Positions 13,701 to 27,619 of a stretch of 64,000 nucleotides of DNA are shown here, one piece after another (position 1 is the first letter of the stretch; every line of letters begins with the position of its first letter). The position numbers and the translations under genes were made by a program. The notes under the pieces are model-generated. The model worked only from the letters and a program-made list of their open reading frames with translations. It was not told the DNA's origin and searched no databases. The stretch is from the NCBI GenBank assembly GCA_964016885.1, contig OZ024741.1, positions 1,116,001 to 1,180,000 on the forward strand, in the 5' to 3' direction. This DNA is from Eledone cirrhosa. Taxonomy: Eukaryota.

Positions 13701-16700
13701 GAGGTTCTAACATGGGAGTTCTAGATTTTCTAACAGGTAAAGGGAGTTATAGAGGTTCTAACAGGAACTTATAGGGCTTCTAACAGGGTGTTATAGAGGA
13801 TCTAATAGGGAGTTATAGAGGTTCTAACAAGGGCGTTATAGAGGTTCTAACTGGGAGTTATAGAGGTTCTAACACCTTTAGGGAGTTATAGAGGTTCTAA
13901 CAGGGGGTTATAAATGTTCCAACGGGAATTATAGAGCTTCTAACAAGGGAGTTATACAGGTTCTAACAGGGGAGTTATAGAGGTAATAACAGGGTGTTAT
14001 TGAGGTTCTAACAAGGAGTTATAGAGGTTCTAACAGGGAGTTATAGAGGTTCTAAGAGGTTAAGAGAGTTATAGAGATTCTAACAGTGAGTTATAGAGGT
14101 TCTAACACCTTAAGGGAGTTATAGAGGTTCTAACACGGGGTTATAGAGGTCTTATTCGGAGTTATAGAGGTTCTAAAAGGGAGTTATAGAGATTCTAACA
14201 GGTTAACGGAGTTATAGAGGTTCTAACAGTGAGTTATAGAGGTTCTAACACCTTTAGGGAGTTATAGAGGTCCTAACAGGGGGTTATAAATGTTCCAACG
14301 GGAATTATAGAGCTTCTAACAAGGAAGTTATAGAGGTTCTAACAGGGAGCTATAGAGGTTGTATCAGGGGCATTATAGAGCTTCCAACAGGTTAAGGGTG
14401 TTATAGTGGTTGTTACAAGTTAAGGGAGTTATAGAGATTCTTACAGGGGAGTTATAGAGGTTCTAACAGGGGAGTTATAGAGGTAATAACAGGGTGTTAT
14501 TGAGGTTCTAACAAGGAGTTATAGAGGATCTAACAGGGAGTTATAGAGGTTCTAACACCTTAAGGTAGTTATAGAGGTTCTAACAGGGGGTTATAGAGGT
14601 CTTATTCGGAGTTATAGAGGTTCTAAAAGGGAGTTATAGAGGTTCTAACAGTGAGTTATAGAGGTTCTAACACCTTTAGGGATGTTATAGAGGTTCTAAC
14701 AGGGGGTTATAAATGTTCCAACGGGAATTATAGAGCTTCTAACAAGGAAGTTATAGAGGTTCTAACAGGGAGTTATAGAGCTTCCAACAGGTTAAGGGTG
14801 TTATAGAGGTTGTTACAAGTTAAAGGAGTTATAGAGGTTCTTACAGGGAGTTATAGAAGTTCTAACTGGGAGTTATAGAGGTTCTAACAGGTTAAGCGAG
14901 TTAGAGAGGTTCTAACGGAGTTAAAGACGTTCTAACAGGTTGTTATAGAGGTTCTAACAGGGTGTTATTGAGATTCTAACAAGGAGTTACAGAGGAGTTA
15001 CAAGGAGTAACAGGGAGTTATAGAGGTTCTAACAAGGAGTTATAGTGGTTTAATTCGGAATTATAGAGGTTATAAAAGGGAGTTATAGATGTTCTAACAG
15101 TGAGTTATAGAGCTTCTAACAGGTTAAGGGAATTATAGATGTTCTAACAAGGAGTTATAGAGGTTTAATTCGGAATTATAGAGGTTATAAAAGGGAGTTA
15201 TAGAGGTTGTTACAGGTTAAGGGAGTTATAGAGGTTCTTACAGGGGAGTTATAGAGGTTCTAACTGGGAGTTATAGAGGTTCTCACAGAGTTATAGAGGT
15301 TCTCACGGAGTTACAGAGGTTCTAACAGGGGAGTTATAGAGATTCTAGCAGGGACTTATAGAGGTTCTAACAGGGAGTTATAGAGGTTCTAACAGGTTAA
15401 GAGAGTTATAGAGGGTCTAACAGGGAGTTATAGAGTTTCTCACAAGGAGTCATAGAGGTTCTAACAGGGGTCTTATAGAGGTTCTCACATGGAGTTATAG
15501 AGGTTCTAACAGGGGAGTTATAGAGGTTCTAACAGGGAGTTATAGAGGTTCTAACAGGGGAGTTATAGAGTTTCTAAGAGGTTAAGGAAGTCATAGAGGT
15601 TGTTACAGGTTAAGGGAGTTATAGAGGTTCTAACAGGGGAGTTATAGAGGTTCTAACTGGGAGTTATAGAGGTTCTAACAGGTTAAGGGAGTTATAGAGG
15701 GTCTTACAGGGAGTTATAGCGTTTCTCACAGGGAGTTATAGAGGTTCTAACAAGGGAATTATAGAGGTTCTCACGTGGATTTATAGAGGTTCTAACAGGG
15801 GAGTTATAGAGGTTCGAACAGGGGAGTTATAGAGTTTCTAACAGGTAAAGGGAGATATAGAGGTTCTAACAGCGAATTATAGATGTTCTAACAGGGAGTT
15901 ATAGAGGTTCTAACAGGGACTTATAGGGCTTCTAACAGGGAGTTATAAAGGTTCTAACAGGTTAAGGGCTTTATAGAGGTTGTTATAGGTTAAGGGAGTT
16001 TTAGAGGGTCTAACAGTGAGTTATAGAGGTTCTCACATGGAGTTATAGAGGTTCTAACAGGGGAGTTATAGAGGTTCTAACAGGGAGTTATAGAGATTCT
16101 AACAGGGGAGTTATAGAGTTTCTAACAGGTTAAGGAAACTATAGAGGTTCTAACAGGGGAGTTTTAGAGGTTCTCACAGGGAGTTATAGAGGTTCTAACA
16201 AGGAGTTATAGAGGTTCAAGCATGGAGTTATACAGGTTTTAACAGGGGAGTTATAGAGGTACTAACAGGGAGTTATAGAGGTTCTAACTTGGGAGTTATA
16301 GTGGTTCTCACGGAGTCATAGAGGTTCTCACGGTGTTACAGAAGTTCTAACAGGAGAGTTATAGAGGTTCTAACAGGTAAAGGGAGTTATAGAGGTACTA
16401 ACAGGTTAAGAGAGTTATAGAGGGTCTAACAGGGAGTTATAGAGTTTCTCACAGGGAGTCATAGAGGTTCTAACAAGGGTTTTATAGAGGTTCTCACATG
16501 GAGTTATAGAGGTTCTAACAGGGGAGTTATAGAGGTTCTCACATGGAGTTATAGAGGTTCTAACAGGGGAGTTATAGAGGTTCTAACAGGGGAGTTATAG
16601 AGGTTCTAACAGGGAGTTATAGAGGTTCTCACATGGAGTTATAGAGGTTCCAACAGGGGAGTTATAGAGGTTCTAACAGGTAGTTATAGAGGTTCTAACA

Positions 16701-19700
16701 GGGGAGTTATAGAGGTTCTCAGAGGGAATTATAGTCGTTCTAACAGGGAGTTCTAGAGCTTCTAAAGGGTTAAGGGAGTTATAGAGGGTTTAACAGGGAG
16801 TTATAGAGGTTCTAACAGAGGCGTTATAGTGGTTCTAACAGAGGCGTTATAGAGCTTCTAACAGGTTAAGGGTGTTATAGATGTTGTTACAGGTTAAAGG
16901 AGTTATAGAGGTTCTAGCAGGGAGTTATAGAGGTTCTAACAGCTTAAGAGAGTTATACAGGTTCGAACAGTGGATTTATAGAGGTTCTAACAAGGAGTTA
17001 TAGAGGTTTAATTCGGAATTATAGAGGTTATAAAAGGGAGTTATAGATGTTCTAACAATGAGTTATAGAGCTTCTAACAGGTTAAGGGAATTATAGAGGT
17101 TCTAACAGGTGGTTATAAATGTTCCAATGGGAGTTATAGAGGTTCTAACAAAGAAGTTATAGAGGTTCTAACAGGGGCATTATAGAGCTTCTAACAGGTT
17201 AAGGGAGTTATAGAGGTTGTTACTTCTAACAGGGGCATTATAGAGCTTCTAACAGGTTAAGGGAGTTATAGAGGTTGTTACAGGGGAGTTATTGAGGTTC
17301 TAACAGGTTAAGGGAGTTATAGAGGGTCTTACAGGGAGTTATAGCGTTTCTCACAGGGAGTTATAGAGGTTCTAACAAGGGAATTATAGAGGTTCTCACA
17401 TGGATTTATAGAGGTTCTAACAGGGCGTTATAGAGGTTCGAACAGGGAGTTATAGAAGTTCTCACGGAGTTACAGAGGTTCTAACAGGGGAGTTATAGAG
17501 GTTCTAGCAGGGACTTATAGAGGTTCTAACAGGGAGTTATAGAGGTTCTAACAGGTTAAGAGAGTTATAAAGGGTCTAACAGGGAGTTATAGAGTTTCTC
17601 ACAGGGAGTCAAAGAGGTACTAACAAGGGTCTTATAGAGGTTCTCACATGGAGTTATAGAGGTTCTAACAGGGGAGTTATAGAGGTTCTAACAGGGAGTT
17701 ATAGAGTTTCTAACAGGTAAAGGAAGTCATAGAGGTTGTTACAGATTAAGGGAGTTATAGAGGTTCTAACAGGTTAAGAGAGTTATAGAGGGTCTAACAG
17801 GGAGTTATAGAGTTTCTCACAGGGAGTCATAGAGGTACTAACAAGGGTCTTATAGAGGTTCTCACATGGAGTTATAGAGGTTCTAACAGGGGAGTTATAG
17901 AGGTTCTAACAGGGAGTTATAGAGTTTCTAACAGGTAAAGGAAGTCATAGAGGTTGTTACAGATTAAGGGAGTTATAGAGGTTCTAACAGGGGAGTTATA
18001 GAGGTTCTCACAGGGAGTTATAGTGGTTCTAACAGGGAGTTCTAGAGCTTCTAAAAGGTTAAGGGAGTTATAGACGGTGTAACAGGGAGTTATAGAGGTT
18101 CTAACAGGGGAGTTATAGAGGTTCTAACAGGTAAAGGGAGTAATAGAGGTTCTAGTAGGGAGTTATAGAGGTACTAACAGGGAGTTATAGAGGTTGTTAC
18201 AGGTTAAGGGAGTTATAGAGGTTCTAGCAGGGGAGTTATAGAGTTTCTAACAGGTTAAGGATGTCATAGAGGTTGTTACAGGTTAAGGTAGTTATAGAGG
18301 TTCTAACAGGGGAGTTATAGAGGTTCTCAGAGGGAGTTATAGTGGTTCTAACAGGGAGTTCTAGAGCTTCTAAACGGTTAAGGGAGTTATAGAGGGTTTA
18401 ACAGGGAGTTATAGAGGTTCTAACAGGGGAGTTATAGAGGTTCTAACAGGTGAGTTATAGAGATTCTAACAGGTAAAGGGTGTTACAGAGGTTCTAGCAG
18501 GGAGTTATAGAGGTTCTAACAGGCAGTTATAGAGGTTCTAACAGAGGCGTTATAGTGGTTCTAACAGGTTAAGAGAGTTATACAGGTTCGAACAGTGGAG
18601 TTATAGAGGTTCTAACAAGGAGTTATAGACGTTTAATTCGGAATGATAGAGGTTATAAAAGGGAGTTATAGATGTTCTAACAATGAGTTATAGAGCTTCT
18701 ATCAGGTTAAGGGAATTATAGAGGTTCTAACAGGGGCTTATAAATGTTCCAATGGGAGTTATAGAGGTTCTAACAAAGAAGTTATAGAGGTTCTAACAGG
18801 GGCATTATAGAGCTTCTAACAGGTTAAGAGAGTTTTAGAGGTTTTTACAGGGGAGTTATAGAGGTTCTAACAAGGGAATTATAGAGGTTCTCACATGGAT
18901 TTATAGAGGCTCTAACAGAGGCGTTATAGAGGTTCGAACAGGGAGTTATAAAGGTTCTAACAGGGGAGTTATAGAGTTTCTAACAGGTTAAGGAAACTAT
19001 AGAGGTTCTAACAGGGAGTTATAGTGGTTCTAACAGGGGCGTTATAGAGCTTCTAACAGGTTAAGGTTGTTATAGAGGTTCTAACAGGGGAGTTATAGAG
19101 GTTCTAACAGGGAGTCATAGAGGTTCTAACAGGGGAGTTATAGAGTGTCTAACAGGGAGTTATAGAGTTTCTCACAGGGAGTTATAGAGGTTCTAACAAG
19201 GGAGTTATAGAGGTTCTCACATCGAGTTATAGAGGTTCTAACAGGGGAGTTATAGAGGTTCTAACAGGGAGTTATAGAGGTTCTAACAGGGGAGTTATAG
19301 AGTTTCTAACAGGTAAAGGGAGTTATAGAAGTTCTAACAGGGACTTATATGGCTTCTAACAAGAAGTTATAGAGGATCTAACAGGGGAGTTATAGAGGTT
19401 CTAACAGGGGTGTTATAGAGGTTCTAACTGGGAGTTATAAAGGTTCTAACAGGTTAAGGGTTTTATAGAGGTTCTCACATGGAGTTATAGAGGTTCTAAC
19501 AGGGGAGTTATAGAGGTTCTCACATGGAGTTATAGAGGTTCTAACAGGGGAGTTATAGAGGTTCTAACAGGGGAGTTATAGAGGTTCTAACAGGGAGTTA
19601 TAGAGGTTCCAACAGGGGAGTTATAGAGGTTCTAACAGGTAGTTATAGAGGTTCTAACAGGGGAGTTATAGAGGTTCTCAGAGGGAATTATAGTCGTTCT

Positions 19701-22700
19701 AACAGGGAGTTCTAGAGCTTCTAAAGGGTTAAGGGAGTTATAGAGGGTTTAACAGGGAGTTATAGAGGTTCTAACAGAGGCGTTATAGTGGTTCTAACAG
19801 AGGCGTTATAGAGCTTCTAACAGGTTAAGGGTGTTATAGATGTTGTTACAGGTTAAAGGAGTTATAGAGGTTCTAGCAGGGAGTTATAGAGGTTCTAACA
19901 GCTTAAGAGAGTTATACAGGTTCGAACAGTGGATTTATAGAGGTTCTAACAAGGAGTTATAGAGGTTTAATTCGGAATGATAGAGGTTATAAAAGGGAGT
20001 TATAGATGTTCTAACAATGAGTTATAGAGCTTCTAACAGGTTAAGGGAATTATAGAGGTTCTAACAGGTGGTTATAAATGTTCCAATGGGAGTTATAGAG
20101 GTTCTAACAAAGAAGTTATAGAGGTTCTAACAGGGGCATTATAGAGCTTCTAACAGGTTAAGGGAGTTATAGAGGTTGTTACTTCTAACAGGGGCATTAT
20201 AGAGCTTCTAACAGGTTAAGGGAGTTATAGAGGTTGTTACAGGGGAGTTATTGAGGTTCTAACAGGTTAAGGGAGTTATAGAGGGTCTTACAGGGAGTTA
20301 TAGCGTTTCTCACAGGGAGTTATAGAGGTTCTAACAAGGGAATTATAGAGGTTCTCACATGGATTTATAGAGGTTCTAACAGGGCGTTATAGAGGTTCGA
20401 ACAGGGAGTTATAGAAGTTCTCACGGAGTTACAGAGGTTCTAACAGGGGAGTTATAGAGGTTCTAGCAGGGACTTATAGAGGTTCTAACAGGGAGTTATA
20501 GAGGTTCTAACAGGTTAAGAGAGTTATAAAGGGTCTAACAGGGAGTTATAGAGTTTCTCACAGGGAGTCAAAGAGGTACTAACAAGGGTCTTATAGAGGT
20601 TCTCACATGGAGTTATAGAGGTTCTAACAGGGGAGTTATAGAGGTTCTAACAGGGAGTTATAGAGTTTCTAACAGGTAAAGGAAGTCATAGAGGTTGTTA
20701 CAGATTAAGGGAGTTATAGAGGTTCTAACAGGTTAAGAGAGTTATAGAGGGTTTAACAGGGAGTTATAGAGTTTCTCACAGGGAGTCATAGAGGTACTAA
20801 CAAGGGTCTTATAGAGGTTCTCACATGGAGTTATAGAGGTTCTAACAGGGGAGTTATAGAGGTTCTAACAAGGAGTTATAGAGTTTCTAACAGGTAAAGG
20901 AAGTCATAGAGGTTGTTACAGATTAAGGGAGTTATAGAGGTTCTAACAGGGGAGTTATAGAGGTTCTCACAGGGAGTTATAGTGGTTCTAACAGGGAGTT
21001 CTAGAGCTTCTAAAAGGTTAAGGGAGTTATAGACGGTGTAACAGGGAGTTATAGAGGTTCTAACAGGGGAGTTATAGAGGTTCTAACAGGTAAAGGGAGT
21101 AATAGAGGTTCTAGTAGGGAGTTATAGAGGTACTAACAGGGAGTTATAGAGGTTGTTACAGGTTAAGGGAGTTATAGAGGTTCTAGCAGGGGAGTTATAG
21201 AGTTTCTAACAGGTTAAGGATGTCATAGAGGTTGTTACAGGTTAAGGTAGTTATAGAGGTTCTAACAGGGGAGTTATAGAGGTTCTCAGAGGGAGTTATA
21301 GTGGTTCTAACAGGGAGTTCTAGAGCTTCTAAACGGTTAAGGGAGTTATAGAGGGTTTAACAGGGAGTTATAGAGGTTCTAACAGGGGAGTTATAGAGGT
21401 TCTAACAGGTGAGTTATAGAGATTCTAACAGGTAAAGGGTGTTACAGAGGTTCTAGCAGGGAGTTATAGAGGTTCTAACAGGCAGTTATAGAGGTTCTAA
21501 CAGAGGCGTTATAGTGGTTCTAACAGGTTAAGAGAGTTATACAGGTTCGAACAGTGGAGTTATAGAGGTTCTAACAAGGAGTTATAGACGTTTAATTCGG
21601 AATGATAGAGGTTATAAAAGGGAGTTATAGATGTTCTAACAATGAGTTATAGAGCTTCTATCAGGTTAAGGGAATTATAGAGGTTCTAACAGGGGCTTAT
21701 AAATGTTCCAATGGGAGTTATAGAGGTTCTAACAAAGAAGTTATAGAGGTTCTAACAGGGGCATTATAGAGCTTCTAACAGGTTAAGAGAGTTTTAGAGG
21801 TTTTTACAGGGGAGTTATAGAGGTTCTAACAAGGGAATTATAGAGGTTCTCACATGGATTTATAGAGGCTCTAACAGAGGCGTTATAGAGGTTCGAACAG
21901 GGAGTTATAAAGGTTCTAACAGGGGAGTTATAGAGTTTCTAACAGGTTAAGGAAACTATAGAGGTTCTAACAGGGAGTTATAGTGGTTCTAACAGGGGCG
22001 TTATAGAGCTTCTAACAGGTTAAGGTTGTTATAGAGGTTCTAACAGGGGAGTTATAGAGGTTCTAACAGGGAGTCATAGAGGTTCTAACAGGGGAGTTAT
22101 AGAGTGTCTAACAGGGAGTTATAGAGTTTCTCACAGGGAGTTATAGAGGTTCTAACAAGGGAGTTATAGAGGTTCTCACATCGAGTTATAGAGGTTCTAA
22201 CAGGGGAGTTATAGAGGTTCTAACAGGGAGTTATAGAGGTTCTAACAGGGGAGTTATAGAGTTTCTAACAGGTAAAGGGAGTTATAGAAGTTCTAACAGG
22301 GACTTATATGGCTTCTAACAAGAAGTTATAGAGGATCTAACAGGGGAGTTATAGAGGTTCTAACAGGGGTGTTATAGAGGTTCTAACTGGGAGTTATAAA
22401 GGTTCTAACAGGTTAAGGGAGTTATAGAGGTTCTCACAGGGTGTTATAGAGGTTCTAACTGGGAGTTATAGAGGTTCTAGCATGGAGTTATACAGGTTTT
22501 AACAGGGGAGTTATAGAGGTACTAACAGGGAGTTATAGAGGTTCTAACTTGGCAGTTATAGAGGTTCTCACAGGGAGTTATAGAGGTTCTAACAGGGGAG
22601 TTATAGAGGTTCTAACAGGTTAAGAGAGTCATAGAGGGTCTAACAGGGAGTTATAGAGTTTTTCACAGGGAGTTATAGAGGTTCTAACAGGGGAGTTATA

Positions 22701-24333
22701 GAGGTTCTAACAGGGGAGTTATAGAGTTTCTAACATGTAAAGGGAGTTATAAATGTTCAAACAGGGACTTATAGGGCTTCTAACAAGATGTTATAGAGGA
22801 TCTAACAGGGAGTTATAGAGGTTCTAACAGGGAGTTTAAGAGGTTGTTACAGGTTAAGGGAGTTATAGAGGTTCTCACATGGAGTTATAGAGGTTCTTAC
22901 AGGGAGTTATAGAGGTCCTAACAGGGGAGTTATAGAGTTTCTACCAGGTAAAGGGAGTTATAGAGGTTCTCACAGGGAGTTATAGAGGTTCTAACAGGGG
23001 AGTTATAGAGGTACTAACAGGAAGTTACAGAGGTTCTAACAGGGGAGTTATAGAGGTTCTAACAGGTTAAGAGAGTTATAGAGGTTCTAACAGGGACTTA
23101 TAGGGCTTCTAACAAGATGTTATAGAGGATCTAACAGGGAGTTATAGAGGTTCTAACAGGGAGTTTAAGAGGTTGGTACAGGTTAAGGGAGTTACAGAGG
23201 TTCTAGCAGGGAGTTATAGAGGTTCTAACAGGTTAAGAGAGTTATAGAGGTTCTAACAGTGGAGTTATAGAGGTTTAATTCGGAATTATAGAGGTTATAA
23301 AAGGGAGTTATAGAGGTTCTTACAGGGGAGTTATAGAGGTTCTAACTGGGAGTTATAGAGGTTCTAACAGGTTAAGGGAGTTATAGAGCTTCTTACAGGG
23401 AGTTATAGCGTTTCTCACAGGGAGTTATAGAGGTTCTAACAAGGGAATTATAGAGGTTCTCACATGGACTTATAGAGGTTCTAACAGGGGAGTTATAGAG
23501 GTTCTAACAGGGGAGTTATAGAGTTTCTAACAGGTAAAGGGAGTTATAGAGGTTCTAACAGGGACTTATAGGGCTTCTAACAGGGAGTTATAGAGGATCT
23601 AACATGGAGTTATAGAGGTTCTAACTGGGAGTTATAAAGGTTCTAACAGGTTAAGGGCATTATAGAGGTTGTTATAGGTTAAGGGAGTTATAGAGGTTCT
23701 AAGAAGGGAGTTATAGATGTTCTCACATGGAGTTATAGAGGTTCTAACAGTGGAGTTATAGAGGTTCTAACAGGGGAGTTATAGAGTTTCTAACAGGTTA
23801 AGGGAGCTATCGAGTTTCTAACATGGGAGTTTTAGAGGTTCTCACAGGGAGTTATAGAGGTTCTCACAGGGAGTTATCGAGTTTCTAACAGGGGAGTTAT
23901 AGAGTTTCTAACAGGTAAAGGGAGTTATAGAGGTTCTAACAGGGACTTATAGGGCTTCTAACAAGAAGTTATAGAGGATCTAACAGGGAGTTATAGATGT
24001 TCTAACTGGGAGTTATAGGGGTTTTAACAGGTTAAGGGAGTTAGAGAGGTTCTAACGGAGTTATAGACATTCTAACAGGGGAGTTATAGACGTTCTAACA
24101 GGGTAGTTATAGAGGTACTAACAGGGTGTTATTGAGGTTCTAACAAGGAGTTATAGAGGTTCTAAGAGGTTAAGAGAGTTATAGAGGTTCTAACTGGTTA
24201 AGGGAGTTATAGAGGTTCTAACAGTGAGTTATAGAGGTTCTAACAGGTTAAGGGAGTCATAGAGGTTCTAACAGGTGAAGGGAGTTATTGAGGTTCTAAC
24301 AGGGATTTATAGAGGTTCTAACATGGAGTTATA
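4769..24333. repeat. Tandem satellite, same monomer (right block, ~19.5 kb) with higher-order duplications
   Basis: Same monomer throughout; diagnostic variants recur at 400 bp (5001/5401), 1992 bp (6715/8707/10699) and 2959 bp (16731/19690, 17221/20180) spacings. Confidence 0.97.
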
Positions 24334-25324
24334 GTGGTGATGGTGGTGGTGGTGTTGGTGGTGTTGATGCTGTTGTTGGTGTTGATGGTGGTGTTGGTGT
24401 TGGTGGTGGTGGTGGTGTTGGTGGTGTTGGTGTTGTTGATGGTGGTGTTGGTGTTGTTGATGGTGGTGGTGGTGTTGATGGTGGTGTTGGTGTTGGTGGT
24501 GGTGGTGGTATTGGTGGTGTTCGTGTTGGTGGTGTAGGTAGTGTTGGTGGTGTTGGTGTTGCTGTTGTTGATGGTGGTGGTGATGGTGGTGGTGGTGGTA
24601 TTGGTGGTATTAGTGGTTGTGGTGTTGGTGATGTTGCTGGTGGTAGAGTTGGTGTTGTTGATGGTGGTGGTGATGGTGGTGGTGTTGATGGTGTTGGTGG
24701 TGGTGGTGTTGGTGGTGTAGGTGGTGGTGGTGTTGGTGGTGTTGATGGTGGTGTTGGTGCTGGTGGTGGTGTTGGTGTTAGTGATGTTGATGTTGGTAGC
24801 GATGGTGGTGGTGGTGGTGTTGGTGGTATTGATGGTGGGGTTGGTGGTGGTGGTGTTGGTGGTGGTGGTGTTGGTGGTGGCGTTGATGGTGTTGGTGGTG
24901 GTGTTGGTGTTGATGGTGGTGGTGGTGGTGTTGATGGTGCTGGTGGTGGTGGTGGTGTTGATGGTGTTGGTGGTCGTGGTGTTGGTGTTGGTGGTGTTGA
25001 TGGTGGTAGTGATGGTGGTGGTGGTGGTGTTGGTGGTGGTGGTGGTGTTGGTGGTGTTGATGGTGGTGTTGGTGTTGGTGGTGGTTGCGGTGTTGGTGGT
25101 GTTTGTGGTGTTGGTGGTGTTGGTGGTGTTGATGTGGTGGTGATGGTGGTGGTGGTGGTGTTGGTGTTGGTGTTGGTGTTGTTGGTGATCCAGGTGGTGT
25201 TGGTTTTGTTGATGGTGGTGTTGGTAGTGGTGGTGGGGGTGTTGGTGGTGGTGGTGGTGCTGCTGGTGGTGGTTTTGGTGGTGGTGGTGTTGATGGTGGT
25301 GGTGGTTTTGGTGGTGGTGGTGTT

Positions 25325-25357
<33 letters not shown>

Positions 25358-25440
25358 GTTGTTGGTGGTGTTTATGGTGGTGGTGGTGGTGGTGGTGGTG
25401 GTAGTGGTGGTCTTGGTTTGGTGGTGGTGGTGGTGATGGT
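24334..25440. repeat. Degenerate (GGT/GTT/GAT)n trinucleotide tract
   Basis: About 1.1 kb of GGT with GTT and GAT variants, joined directly to the last satellite monomer. Confidence 0.95.
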
Positions 25441-25613
25441 GCTGGAAATATTGGTGGGGTGGTGTTTGTGTATGGGAAAGAGTGTTGTAGGTTTGAACTT
25501 TCAATGGTCTGTTGAGGTAGAGTGGCGAAGGGGAGGGGTTACCAAACAAAAGGAACAAAGATAGATTACTGTGAGTTGGGAGGGATAAGATAATACTGAC
25601 ATAAAGGGGGTTT

Positions 25614-25615
25614 AT

Positions 25616-25668
<53 letters not shown>

Positions 25669-25698
25669 TCATCACCTGCACCACCACCACCAATACTT

Positions 25699-25758
<60 letters not shown>

Positions 25759-25778
25759 TACCACTACTACTACTACTA
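25614..25778. repeat. (ACT)n/(ACC)n microsatellite
   Basis: Direct inspection. Confidence 0.95.
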
Positions 25779-26070
25779 TTGGCTTACAGTCGTAAGGTTG
25801 TGAGTTCGGTTCCCGCAGCGGGTGATGTTATGTCCTTGAGCAAGACACTTTATTTCACTTTTCTCCAGTTTATTCAGCCGTAGTTGCAACGTAACTGGTG
25901 CTAAGCTGTACCGGCCTTAGCCTTTCCCTGGACAACATCAGTGGTTTGAAGAGGAGAGGCGTGTATGCCTGGGTGACTGCTCGTCCCCCACAAACAACCT
26001 TGAATGGACTTGTGCCTCAGAGGGAACATTTCTAGGTGCAAATCCCTTGGTCACCCGTTACCGGAAGGGG
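25779..26070 (+). mobile_element. Degenerate tRNA-derived SINE with a CORE-like domain
   Basis: B-box-like GAGTTCGGTTCCC followed by TGTCCTTGAGCAAGACACTTTA, which resembles the CORE-SINE central motif. Confidence 0.5.
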
Positions 26071-26734
26071 TCAGGGGTCCTCACCCTATTGTTAATACTC
26101 AGAACCTGCCCAACTACATTTCCTCTATTTATATATACAAACTAATCACCCCTAAGTGTTGCCAGCAGAGATATTGCAAGACCTGAACATTTCCGTTTCT
26201 TCCACCAGTTGTCATTAAAGACAAGTTAATGATATTGTTGAATATATGGTCTAACTTTGTGGCACATTGTTTGAAGGTTGTGGAAGAGACCTTTCGAACG
26301 CAGTGTGTGTGGGTGTGGGGGTGGGGTGGGGGTGGGGGGTACATAATGGTAAAGCCCGGTGTAGAAGAAGGATATAGATTTGGGAAAGATTTACAGAGTG
26401 TCTACAGTGTGAATTTCGATGCAAAGTAGACAACAAAGGATTTCTTCAGGTGAGTACTACATATAGAACTTCCATGGTTAAGATGAAGAGGAAAAGATTT
26501 TGCCAAGTTTCGGAGAGGGAGAAGAAGAAACACTGCACTTTGAGCGGTGGAATAGTTTCAAGGTAGCGCGATGTACGGAGATGTTCTTGGGTAGGCTGGC
26601 TATGAAGAGGTGATGCTAGAGCTGTGAAGTCTTGCATTCATTAATCTAAACTCTCCTTTTTAATAACTGCATGTTTCTTTCCAGGGATCATGTTGAAATA
26701 TAAACCTCATTTGGTCATTCCATGAGAGTATCTT

Positions 26735-26768
26735 GGTCAGCCTATGAACTTTTCAGCTGTCCCTCGTA
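26735..26768 (-). mobile_element. Solitary mariner-like terminal inverted repeat
   Basis: Reverse complement reads TA-CGAGGGACAGCTGAAAAGTTCATAGGCTGAC, the pattern of a mariner TIR start; no partner found. Confidence 0.35.
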
Positions 26769-27106
26769 TTTTGATGTATTGTAGACTTTTGATGTTGCCT
26801 GACGTGCTGCAGATCCACCATGAGTGAACAGCGTTGTGGGGGGGGGGGGGGGGGGGGCAGGGAGTTTTCATTATGTTAAGGGATGACTTTTTAGGTCCTT
26901 CAAATTGTAGGAAAGAATGGTGAAAGTTAACCCCGTACACAATGAGCGAATGAGTGCTACAAAGGAAACCTCTGTGAAGCCAAAGGTGAAATGGTGGTGT
27001 TCATCTGATGATCTGGGGGAAGATAATATCCAGTAAACCTTTTTACTCTGATTAAGTAAAACAAAAATATATCTAAATCATATATTTTTGATAATTTTAT
27101 TTATAT

Positions 27107-27286
27107 AATTGTTTCCACTTTTGACTCAAGGCCAACAATTACCAGTGTATTACTGGTACTTTATTTTATCGACCCCGTAAGGATGAAATCAAAGTTAACC
27201 TCGGCGGGATTTTGAACTCAGAATGGCAAGGGATGTAACTCTATGCGTCAAAGCATGGCGTCCGACCCTCTACCGACACTGCCAAT
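27107..27286 (-). mobile_element. tRNA-derived SINE, family A, copy 1
   Basis: A-box/B-box head, central TTCATCCTTACGGGGTCGATAAAATAAAGTACCAG, 3' ...AAACAATT; matches the other four copies in the window. Confidence 0.85.
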
Positions 27287-27619
27287 CCACCGAAATATAT
27301 ATATACGGGATGATTAGTGGTGGAACGTCTTTGATCATATTCTGTACGGTGACATCTAACCTAGGGCTAGACAAAAACAGCCACAAATAAAACAACAAAC
27401 AGAACAACAACAACAACAACATCAATTTTTTTAAATTTAAATCAAGAGAGTAAATGGCACACATGTTTCCTCAAGGGTGGATATATCCAGCTATTGTCCT
27501 TGCTATTCATGACCTCCTGCTGCATGTTTGCACCGTTGTTTACTCCTGTCCATACTTCGTAATCACCTTGCTCAGTGGGAAGTAAACAAACGGCAAGCTT
27601 TCCTCTAATACCATTGTTT

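Noticed and set aside
1-24333. CRISPR-like array (short repeats with dyad symmetry)
   Set aside because: No unique spacers, no cas genes, and a eukaryotic context; it is a plain satellite.
24329-25693. 454 aa Pro/Thr-rich extensin- or mucin-like ORF
   Set aside because: By-product of (GGT)n and (ACT)n tracts lacking stops; no unique domain or splice evidence.
26660-26730. Possible host exon after a polypyrimidine tract and CAG acceptor
   Set aside because: All three frames hit stops within ~45 bp and there is no supporting homology.
27004-27045. Hammerhead-like CTGATGA-CTGG/CCAG-TAAA; similar partial cores at ~32750(-), ~56250 and ~58117
   Set aside because: The GAAA box or closing stems are missing; at best decayed relics.
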